The translations under genes and the position numbers were made by a program. Shown piece after piece: positions 13,101-25,100 of a DNA stretch of 64,000 nucleotides; positions within the stretch are counted from its first letter, which is position 1, and each line of letters opens with the position of its first letter. The DNA lies in the NCBI GenBank assembly GCA_026770705.1, contig JANJGN010000008.1, forward strand, positions 50,220,001 through 50,284,000, read 5' to 3'. Under the pieces are notes generated by a model, which was not told the origin of the DNA, did not search any database, and was given only the letters and a program-made list of their open reading frames with translations. This stretch comes from Isurus oxyrinchus (lineage: Eukaryota).

Positions 13101-16100
13101 TTTCTGGGATATGGTCACTTCCACATGGGTAAAAATTCATTTTCAGGTTTGCTGCTGAGCTGTCTCCTGTATTTTTTTTAAAATTTTCGGGTAGCAGAGA
13201 CTGTTCGTGGCTGACTCCCTCGATTTTCATGTCACACTCAACAGTCTGTTCCCACCCCAACTGGGAAACGGTGCCATTTTGTACACCTTGTAAGGCCCGC
13301 GAATCCCGCAAACTTTCCATCGCAAGCACTATTTCCAATGTTGTTTTAAAATCAATAGCTAGTGATCATTGTTGAATGGCATCATCATGCACGTCGCAGG
13401 CCAAACGATCCACTAACATGTTGCTTAGGGTCTCCCCAAAGTCTCAATATTCAGTTAGCTGTTTCAACTTTGCTACGTATGTTGCTATGGTCTCCCCCAG
13501 GACTCTTCTCCTTGAATGAAATTTAAACCTCTGCATGATTATGGAGGGTTTGGGTTGAAAATGACCCTTTACGAAATCTATCAATTTGTTGAAGGTCTTC
13601 ACATCGGGAGCCGTCAAGCTATGGATTAAATCATAAGTTTTACTCCGACAGGCGCTTAGGAGAATTGCTTTCTGTTTTTCCTTTGCTGTTATTTCATTTG
13701 CTTGAGAAAAGAAACTGAGGCATTCTATACATTGACTACACTCCTCTGTGGATCAGTCGAAGGGGTCGATCCTGCCAAAAAGTGGCAAATCTGGTAAGTA
13801 TATTTTCCCTCTCTTCTGTTTAAAATAAGATACTCACATTCACTGGGCGAGGATCAGTGCCAGAACCAATTTCTCCTCGTTGCCAGCTGTTATAGGCATG
13901 ATTTTCCAGACAGGTTTCTCATTAGAAACAGTGAACTTTATTTGCAGAACTTCAGCAATAGTTACACGCTTCCATCAATAACCACAACTAGACACAAACT
14001 CCACCCCTAAGGTTCCCCACACTTCGAGCTGATTCGTTCACACTGTCAATGTGAGACTACACAATACAATAAGTCTTAAAGCTAGTCACTACATTCCTTA
14101 AAGCTACAGTTACTACAAATAGTAAACCAGTATTGAAGGTCATGGAAACAAAGGCTACAAAAGAGTTGTTCAGTTATTTGTGGCACAAAGTTCAATGTAA
14201 GGATAAAAACAAAAAACAAAAAAACTGCAGATGCTGGAAATCCAAAACAAAAACAGAATTACCTGGAAAAACTCAGCAGGTCTGGCAGCATCGGCGGAGA
14301 AGAAAAGAGTTGACGTTTCGAGTCCTCATGACCCTTCAACAGAACTTGAGTTCGAGTCCATTTTGATGATCTGCTTCTATCACTGTTTGTTTGTCCATAC
14401 AACCACACCCCCCACCTCTCTCTCTCTCTATCTCTCCGCCCCCCACACACACACCTTAAACCAGCTTATATTTCAACTCTTTCTTGGACTCGAACTCAAG
14501 TTCTGTCGAAGGGTCATGAGGACTCGAAATGTCAACTCTTCTTCTCCGCCGATGCTGCCAGACCTGCTGAGTTTTTCCAGGTAATTCTGTTTGTGTTCAA
14601 TGTAAGGAGTCCAGTGAATAAGGCAGATGAGCTGAAGGCACAGATGGACATTAAGAAATATGATATCATTGTTATTACTGAAACATACCTCAAAGGAGGA
14701 CAGGAATGACAACTTAATATTTCTGGTTACATGGTTTTCAGGGGAGATAAAAAAAAATGGTGGGGTGGCAATACTGGTCCAAGAAACAATCATAATTGTG
14801 AGAGGGATGATATGCCGGAAGCATCAAATGAGATCATATGGGTGAACTGAGGAGCAAACAATAAAGAGACAATCACGTTGCTGAGAATGTACTGTAGACC
14901 CCCCACCAACAATAATCTGAGGGAGATAGAAGAGCAACAATGTGGGCAAACTGCTGAGGAGCGCAGAAACAAAAGAGCAGTAATAGGGAATTTAAACTAT
15001 CCTAATACTAAATGGGATAAATTCAGTGTAAAATGTATAGAGGGTGTAGAATTCTTAAAACGTATTCAGGAGAACTTTTTCTGCCGGCAGATAGCATACT
15101 CAACAAGAGAGGGGGTTTAGTTTTAGGAATGAAGCTGGTAAGGTGGAAGGGTGTATCAGAGCATTTTTAGTGGCAGTGATCATAATTCAGTTAGATTTAG
15201 CATGGTTATGGAAAAGGACAAAGGCAGACCAAGAGTAAAAGTTTTAAATTGGGGAATGGTCAATTTTGCCAAGCTAAGATGCGATTTGGCAAAAATGGAT
15301 AGCAAGAAGGAAGCTGCAGACTGCCAGATGATAATCCAATAAACTGATTAAGTGGGCAGAAAAGTGGCAAATGGAATCCAATCTAGAGAAGTGTGAGGTA
15401 GTGCATTTGGGAAACGCAAACAAGGTAGAGGAATACACAATAAATGGTAAGATTTGAGAAGTGTCAAGCTGAAGAAGATGCGAAGTGTAGACCAAAGGGA
15501 CTTGGACTGCATGCCCATAGATCCTTGTGAAGGTAGGACAGGTGGAGAACGTGATCAACGCATACTTTCCATAATTGGCTGAGGCCTAGAGTATAAAAGC
15601 AGGGAGGCTATGTCAGAACTGTATATAAAAAAAAACACTAGACTGCAGAAAAGAGGGGGACATACCTTTCAGGTCACTGCATTACAGGAAGGGCACAATT
15701 TACTAGAGAGGATACAGAAGAGATTTACAAGGATGTTGTCTGGAATGGAGAACTTTAGCTATGAGGAAAGCTGGAAGAGGCTAGAGTTGTTTTCTTTGGA
15801 AGAGGAGGCTAAAGCAAGATTTAAATGAGTACAAAATTATGAGGTGGCTAGACAGTGGATACAGTGGACCTAATTTCATTAGCGAGGACATTAATAACTG
15901 GGGGCATTGATTTAAACTAATTGGTAGAAGGATTGGGGATGAAAAATAATTTTTTCACTTAGAGGGTAGTGGGGATCTGGAACTCCCAGGAAAAGGTGGC
16001 AGAGGCAGAAACCGTCCTGACATTTGACAAAACATATGGATATACAATTGAGGTGCCATAATATACAGGCCATGCAGCAAGAGTTGAAGGTGAGATTAGG

Positions 16101-19100
16101 GTGCAAAACTCTTTTCCAGCCAGCACTGACACAATAAACCAAATAGCCTCTTTCTGTGCTGTAAATCTTTCTTGGTTTTTGTTTCCAATTTGTTTCACAG
16201 GTGAGATCAGCTTCAGAAATTTAAAGGTGTTTTGCAATTTCTTTCAGTTGTATTGAAATTTAGCTGTTAATTTCTTTCAATTTGTGGCTTGCTTTCTTAG
16301 TTCAAATAAAAAGTATTTCAAACAAAACTGAAAAGAAAACACAGAAGTCATATATGTGGAGTCTTTGGAGAGATGACATTATTTTGAGAATGAAACTTGG
16401 AGCTAATCTTTCTAAACTCCTTCCCTCCTCCTCATTCCTCCCAACACTGGTTCCTTGGACTCTGTCAGTAGTTCAATAATTGCTGCTCTTCTCTGCACCT
16501 CCCTCTAGAACGTTTATGCAGCTGCAAACAAGGCCCTTGCTACATTACATTATTAATGATTACATTGATATGGCCTTGATGAAAAACTTGGCTCACAGCT
16601 GATAATACCTTACCACTTATTGAAGCCTTCCTGGCAGGCTGTATCTTCCACCAACTGCCTCGCTCAAACTGTCATGTTAACATCCTGGCCCTTCTCACTA
16701 AATTCCACCTTTGGCTGTACCTCTACTTCTGACACATTTTGCTTTCAGCACCTCAACCTTGTTCCATTCTGCTTTAAAATATTCCCTCTCTTCTCAAGCT
16801 TCTCACCAGGTATTTTCTTGCTTTCCTCACTGACACTACCAAGAGATTTTTCATGCTCGGTGATTTCAAATGCCATCTGAACTCACCTTGCCCTCTGAGT
16901 TCACTGTTCTTCTTTAACTTCTCCCTCCATGTAAACCTTCCTACCCATATTCATGGTCACACCCTCCACCTTGCTAGCTCACAAAGCCTATACCTATCAC
17001 ATTCACAAATAAGATTATCTATCTCTTATCACTTCTGTGAATCCCTCACCACTCCTCTCCAACCCCACTTCTTTGAGCTCCTTGGGGGGAAAAAAATCCC
17101 TAAAGTTACTCAACAGCATTTTCAAACCCATTGAAGGTACATAAAACCCCACCCTCTGACCTAGCTTTTCCATCCCAATATCCTATATTGGCTTAGTGCC
17201 AATTTTTATCTGATTAAGCTCCTGTGAAGCACCTTGGGCTGTTCATCACATTAAAAGGTGCTACATAAATGCAAGATTTTTTATTGTTAAAAAGATATAG
17301 TGCTATGACCATAAGGGACATAGGAGCAGAAATTAGGTCATTCGGCTCATCGAGTCTGCTCAGCTATTCAATCATGGCCGATAAGTTTCTCAACCTCAAT
17401 CTCCCGCCTTCTCCCCGTAACCTTTGATCACCTTACCAATCAAGAACCTATCTATCTCGATCTTAAATACATTCAATGACCTGGTCTCCACAGCCTTCTG
17501 TGGCAATGAATTCCATAGATTCACCACTCTCTGGCTATAGAAGTTTCTCCTCATCTCTGTTCTAAAAGGTCTTCCCTTTACTCTGAGGCTGTGCCCTCGG
17601 GTCCTAGTCTCTCCTACTAATGGAAACATCTTCCCCACATCCACTCTATCTAGGCCTTTCAGTATTCTGTAAGTTTCAATCAGATCCCCCCTCATCCTTC
17701 TAAACTGCATCGAGTATAGACCCAGAGTCCTCAAACGTTCCTCATATGTTAGACCTTTCATTCCTGGAATCGTTCTCATGAACCTCCTCTGGACCCTCTC
17801 CAGGGCCAGAACATCCTTCCTGAGATACGGGGCCCAAAATTTTTCACAATATTCTAAATGTGGTCTGACCAGAGCCTGATAAAGCCTCAGCAGCACATCC
17901 CTGTTTTTATATTCTAATCCTCTCGAAATAAATGCCAACATTACATTTGCCTTCCCAACTACTGACTCAACCTGCAAGTTAACCTTAAGAGAATCTGGAC
18001 TAGGACTCCCAAGTCCCTTTGCACTCCAGATTTACGAATTCTCTCCCCATTTAGAAAATAGTCTATGCCTCTATTCTTCCTACCAAAGTGCATGACCTCA
18101 CACTTCCCCATGTTGTATTCCATCTGCCACTTCTTTGCCCATTCTCCTAACCTGTCCAAATCCTTCTGCAGCCTCCCCGCCTCCTCAATACTACCTGTCC
18201 CTCCATCTATCTTTATATCATCTGCAAACTTAGCCAGGATGCCCTCAGTTCCTTCATCTAGATCATTAATGTATAAAATGAAAAGTTGTGGTCCCAACAC
18301 TGACCCCTGCGGAACTCCACTAATCACTGGCCGCCATCCTGAGAAGGACCCCCTTATCCTCACTCTCTGCCTCCTGCCAGACAGCCAATCTTATATCTAT
18401 GCTAGTACCTTGCCTCTAACACCATGGGCTCTTATCTTACTGAGCACCCTCCTGTGAGGCACCTTGTCAAAGGCTTTCTGGAAGTCCAAGTAGATAACAT
18501 CCGTTGGCTCTCCTTTGTCTAACCTACTCATTACCTCCTCAAAGAATTCTAACAGATTTGTCAGGCATGACCTCCCCTTGATGAAACCATGCTGACTTTG
18601 CCCTATTTCACAATGTGCTTCCAAGTATTCTGAAATCTCATCCTTAATAATGGACTCTAAGATCTTACCAACGACCAAGGTCAAGCTAATCGGCCTGTGC
18701 TTTCATGACCACTGCCATATTTATATGCCAAGAGTAAACAGCTAAAGGCTAGCTATTCTATAATGTAAATGGTACTCGTGTAGTAGCTTGCAGCAAGAAA
18801 ATTGACAGTTGGGAGACAAAGCCCACATAACCCCTATGTAAACTTGATTTTGATAAATTGCTGTTAATAAATGTTATGAACAACTCAAGGCTCCAACAGA
18901 AGTATGTGCAACTACACAGGTTTTTCTCCAAACTGTTGCAAGAGCACAGGCTATACTGATGTTGTGAAAAAAAAAATTCAGTAACTCTGTGTTGAAAAGC
19001 AGAATGTTGTGAACACTGGAAATCTGAAATAAAAAGACAAAACACTGGAAGTGCTCAGCAGGCCTGGCAACATCTGTGGAGAGAGAAACAGAGTTAATGG

Positions 19101-22100
19101 CTCAACAAGCCATTAACCTGAAAAGTTTCTCTTTCCACAAAAGCTGACAGGTCTGCTTAGTATTTCCAGCATTTTCTGTTTATATTTCACTAATTGTATG
19201 TCTTTGTTCCAGCTTTAAAATTACAATACACAACCTTATTGTGATGGATGAATTGCTGCATAATGGTATTTTATTTCAGATTTCCAAGTTCTACCAAAAT
19301 TTGCTAAAAAATTCAGTCTGCATGTTGCTCATGCCAAATTGATTGGGATGTAACTGCAATTCATTGACTTTGCATTTTGATTGTGTACAAATTACTGCTG
19401 CGTAATATTCATGCTCGGTTTAAAAGAAATCAAGTAACTTTCACTAACCTTGTTATAATCCATGAAGTTGCTTGGCACTGGCTGATGGAAGGTGTTTGAA
19501 GGTGCCACTATTCCAGTATCATCTCTTTCCAATGTCTGATGTTGTGAAAATGAAGCTGGGTCTGATATAGATTGGTGCATTAGGTGACCACCCATCACAC
19601 CTTGGGACCAGCCAGATATGCCATCTGAAAGAGAAACCCATTCTAAGAAAATGACAAGATTTTGTAGCTTTAAAACTTAGCCCTGTTAAGTATACTCCTT
19701 ACATATCTTTCCAATACTATAATTAATAACTCCTCACCTGAATTATTGCTGACACCAAAAGACCAGATCCCTCCTTGACCAACAGGAGTTGTCAGGTTAC
19801 TACCCACCATAGTGGAAAGTGGAGTCATAGACCCAGTCTGCCTAATGCGAGCTGATCTTTCTGTTCCAATAGGCGGAGGTACCTTTCGATCCTGGTTTGC
19901 ATTACTTGATTTTGGTTGGCCCAAGGAAGGAGGTGCAGAAGCAGCAGATAAGGGTGAAGAAGCTCCAGAAGACACCGATGGAGGGGATTCACCTACAAAT
20001 TGCGATCCACAAAAGTAAATTACATGCAACCATTTGCAAAAACAGCATAGTCTATAACATTACAATTCTTTTTAATTGCAGTACTCTATAATGTGATATT
20101 TGTAGCTATAAATTCTGAATAATACCCAGTGAAAAAACCTGACATGAAACAGAAGTTAAACTCAAGTGTTTATATGTTGCTTGCTTTTCAACAATTAAAG
20201 TGAAGGGCAGCATCATATGTAAACTGTTCTGTTTTTGATTCCTATTCTTTATTGTAAAATCAGCAAAAACTCAGATCCTTACACAAAGTAATAGGTCTAG
20301 TGATGAAGGCTTCAACAAGACTTCTCGAAAATGTTGGTTAGAAATGCTTCCGCACTTCATTAAACAGGGGTCAAAATGCTAGGAAGAAAGCATACTTAGA
20401 CATGCAAACGTCGTTGTGAATGAAAAGAATTCAAAAATTGTGTTCATGCAAAACATGTCTAGTTCTACTTTGAGAGTCAATGCTGTGTTAATGCTATTTG
20501 TTTTGAACACCACCTTTAAATGTGCAATGCAATAGAAAAATTTTGGTATTGAACAACTCCAACATCTTAGGAGAAAATAAACTAATTATGGAAAATGGTC
20601 AGAAAATCTTTAAAACAAATTTGTATAACTGATGTATGTGTAGACAGGAGGAGAAATCTCTTAACTTGCTTAATATCCAAGAGAACGAAGAAGTTGAGGA
20701 GCAATCACATCAATTGTTGGCAACCTGGGAAATGTTTTATGGCTAGTGTTCATGTGCATTAATGTTCTTTTACACACAATCCTTAGCATGATTTTTTTTT
20801 TAAAAAAAGAGGAACCCAGAAAATGTAAGGAAATCCCAAAAACCAAAACTCCATTTTTGAGTTTTGCCAAACACATTTCTTCTCACAAATGCACGCTTGA
20901 GGCATTGGAGCAGCCCATGTCTGACAAGAGGGGTAAACTGATAGTAAAGCTACCGAAGTATAACTTTTCAGGTGTGTTTCAGCTCTGTCTTCCTTCAAAA
21001 GTGGAAAGACACCCATCAATTTATCATGTTTTCTCTGATTATGCTTGTGAAGCAGCTACAATTTTGCTACATTAAAGGCACTAAATACAAATGCAAGTTG
21101 TTAATATCTCACTGCTTTATTAAGGTCAGCACTCTAATGTTCATACTAGACAGACTGAATCTTAAGAGCTCCTCGTCACTGACTAACACCCCTCCCCCAT
21201 CACCCCTTCATCCTAACCACTAGTGAAAGTTAAAAATGCATTTTCAAGCATGTTATAGCATGAGAATAGCTATCACTCAATGGTTTCCTCCAATTTGGAC
21301 ATACACAAACAATTGCCCATGTACACTGCCAAATACATATTGCTAAACTGGTCTCGACCTCACCAATACAGATAACCTAAGGCTTTGCACGCTTGCGTGA
21401 AAGTGCAACACAATATATTCTGCAAGGTATGCATTTGGCACTCAGAAACAAAGAAAGGTAAAGAAATAATTGGCTGAAGTTTGCAAGTGGTTTAATTGTC
21501 GCTGTAAATGAACTGGATGTCAATATCAAAACCACCAAGATTAATTTGCTCTGACAGACATTTATTCACACCAGGCGAGTGACATCCAGAACATTAAAAA
21601 TGTATTCATATAACTGTTTTCAGATGAAATTGGGCAATTAATCTGAATTTAACTGGCCTTGCGTATAAGCAGAACATTTTTGAAAGCAACATTTCCACAA
21701 GGACGACTGATAGTATCTAAATTCTAAGGGCAAATAGGTACATAATTAGATGATGCCTCTTTTCCAATATTTTGCTTTGCCACGTTTGCACCATAATTTT
21801 CTAGCTACATTTGGAAGATTGGCCCTACCGGAAGTTTTTAAAATGGTATTATAAATGCATATAATGAGTAGTGGATCCTAGATTAAGGAGCATAACCTCC
21901 CACCCCCAAAAACGCAACTAAAATATAGAAAGGATTGGCTTGTACATACATGTAGCTGGAGCAGTTGTTGAACTCCAAGGGTGTGGGGAAAAATGTTGTC
22001 TGCTGAAGCTAGGAGCAGGCATTCCTACAGGGGCTGGTCCTTGTACATACACCTGAGTTCCAGCCATACTTGGAGCAAAACTCGTCAATGGGGTGGAGGA

Positions 22101-25100
22101 GGAAGAAATGGCATTGCCTGATGGGTCCATAGCAGACATTCCTTCAAAAACATTTTTAAAAAATCACATGTAATGGAATATTTGAGAAATGCACATTATA
22201 AAAAGTGACTTATCTATAACTTGTACATTTCTCTCTTTAATAAAGGGGTAATAATCCAAACTATAAGTGAGAGTAGCGCTCACTAAGGTGTCTTCGCAAA
22301 AAAAGGGTTGAGAAAAGTATGGTTGCAGTCTTTCAAAAAACTCAAATGCAAGCACAGACATGCACGTCATTGTAAAATAAAAGGAACTAATTTAAAAACG
22401 TATTTTAAAAATAATGTAATTTTATCCTAAAACTCTTGAGCTATTATTGGCATGCCACGTTGGCAAGCTCTTGTTATCCTAAGAAAAATGTTTCATGCCC
22501 ATTACCTAATAAGGAACAGGAGTAGGCTATTCAGCTCCTTGAGCCTGATCCACTATTTTATTAGATCATGGCTGATCTGTACCTGAACTCTACTCACCTG
22601 CCTTTTCTCCATACCCTTTGATAACCTTACCAAACAAAAAAAAATCTTAATACTGAAAATTTCAATTGACCCAGCATCCACAGCAATTAGGGGGAAAACA
22701 AGTTCCAGATTTCCAATACACCATGTGAAAATGTGCTTCCTAATCACTCTCCTAACTGGTTGAGCTTAAAGATTATGTCCCCCTGTTTTTGGTTATCCTA
22801 GCAGAAGAAATAGAATCATATATGGTTCTTCAATATCTAATGTATTTTAAACATCTTAATTAGATCACCTTTTAAAATCAAGGGACTTTAAAATCAAGTT
22901 TCTGCAACAGGTCCATTTAATTTAGTATTCAACCACGGAATCATTTTGGTGAAGGTTATACCCCTTCAAAGGTCGTTTGCATGTCTAAAGTCTAGCTTAT
23001 TGAGGTCACAAGCCACTTTTCAAAAGTGCATAAATGTTTTTGGGCTATTTTCAGCTTTCCTAATACTGGGAGAATCTGATCACCTTTTCAATGTATTTAA
23101 ATTTATCAGGTCACCTACTGGCTCATACAAACACACAAGTTGCAATCATGGATAATGATCAAATAGTCCATTTTCAAAGGGAACTTGTAATTAATGAGCA
23201 GCAAACAATCTGAAGCTAATTCAAGATTTGGCAGATGTAAATTGCTGAGGTGATGTTAGAGTTCAAACAGCATTGGCATACAGCTCCCCTCCTCCCCCAC
23301 TGTCTGGTAGAGTGAGGGAAAGAAATGAAGTAGATAACATTTCAACAAATTTTGAAATTTACGGTCCAATTTTGATACAGGTCAACAACAAGAAAGGCAC
23401 AGAGGTAGAGGGTTGCAAATAACAGATCGTTTGCCAACCTCTGAAAATTGCAAGTCACTAGCATTGTCACAAATTTAACTTTTTAATTATAGGAATTAAT
23501 CGATTCCTAAGTAGGACAGCAAGTGGAACTTAAAAGGAAGTCAGCACATCTCATGGGCTGGTTGATGTTGGGGCGGAGGGTGAGGGGTGAGGGGCGGGGG
23601 GGGGGAGGGGGTGGTGGTGAAAGATATACAAGGGAGAAACAAAATTGTTCCTCTAGTCGCAAGCAGCCCTGCCTTGATGATTGAACCAGTAATGTGAGAA
23701 ATCCCTGAAAAAGGGGTAAGGGTAAAAGAAGGAAAGAGGAAGGTAGAATGCAGATAAACGGTGAGAAATATTTGACAAACAACTTGGCTAAAGTTTGGAA
23801 TGTTTTTTTAAGAGTTGCTCACACAATGCTGTTCATAAGGACGGTTTAAATCAGAATCTACAAAACTAATACACAAATAAATTAAAATAATCCACTGTCC
23901 ATCTCACCTGTAGGGCTCGATGTCACTCTTTGTGAAGGTGGCCTGAAACCAGGAGCCTTGGAATTATCATGTGGAAGTACTGCATCTAACTGTCCAAGTA
24001 CAGAACTGCCCATGTAGTTAGAATGTCCACTAAACGTTGGATCTTGCGTTGGCCGCGAAGGCAGTGGACAACTTCCCCACACATGATTTGCAGACACCTG
24101 GGTATTGTCAAAGAAACTGTTGAAAGGGCTGAAGAGGGCTGCAGAGCCAAAATTTGGAGGCAATGATTTGCTTCCTGGATTTGCGTGGATTTGCGAAACG
24201 TTCAGCATACCAAGTGCAGATGAAAGCTGCATCGGAGAAGGTACGCCATGCTGCTTCATAGGATCTTGGGTAGAAACCATTGGAACTGGGTTTGGGACAA
24301 AAACAGACTGTGGCTCTTGCTGTACTAGGGGATAGAAAGGAGCACCAGGCTGTATTCTGTGAGATACTTGAGGAGAGGCTGCAGCTAACTGAGGTAAAGT
24401 GTTGTTGGTCTGAACATTAGGGCAAGCCGACATAGTAACAGGGCGAGTAGATGCGAGACTGCTTGGGGCCACTAATCCATGATCTGTATTTGAAATATAA
24501 GGCTTCGGCAAAGTAGGTCGAATATCAGAGGAACTACGGCATGGAATTTGCGGCAGAATGCTGGGCAGTGAAGAGGTTGGTTGAATTCCTATAGCTCCAG
24601 AATTATTGTTGACTGAAGAGCTGCTGCAGACATTTGAATGTGCACATTGGCTTCCTGCAGGCTGTTCCGTGGTGGTCACTTCTTCCTTCGCAGTGGAGGT
24701 TGTGAATGGTTCATTCTTCGTCAGTGACATGGATTGTTGAGAAGGCTGCACAACAAGTGGTGGAGGCGGTGGTGGAGTAGGAGGCTGCCCATTGCTCACT
24801 GATACGGCTGAATTTGTGGGCAGTGAGCACGAATTGCTCGTTACAGCTGAAGTCACCGAAATCATGACATTAGTTTTATTGACCGAAGTAAAGAGTTGCT
24901 TTCTAACCGATGATGGAGTTGGGCTGCTTGTGACACACAGAGATTGTGTGGTGAAAGTTGGAGAACTCACAGCCACAGAAGGTGAATTAATAGAAGCTGA
25001 ATTACCAGTGTTGGGATGAATAGTATTACCACCCTGGTTATTGAGACGAGTTGTGTTATGTTTCGGCGAACTGTTGGCACTTCCAGGACTTACAGGTCTC

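Larger units (their letters stand above)
9547..14117 (-). mobile_element. Ty3/Gypsy LTR retrotransposon, near full length, decayed
   Basis: Two related LTRs with TG...CA ends, PBS, PPT and TSD attag/aatag. Frameshifted gag with CCHC remnant, protease, RT (YLDD), RNase H (LTCDA, RIQRWAL) and integrase (SDNG, APYH.SSNGLAERAVQTFK) in Gypsy order. Confidence 0.92.

Noticed and set aside
10265-13338. Active or domesticated Gypsy gag-pol
   Set aside because: Many frameshifts and stops; protease DTG motif and zinc knuckle are degraded.
17396-18684. Reverse transcriptase ORFs as a domesticated gene or novel RT system
   Set aside because: Ordinary 5'-truncated CR1 with a frameshift, a stop and a typical tail.
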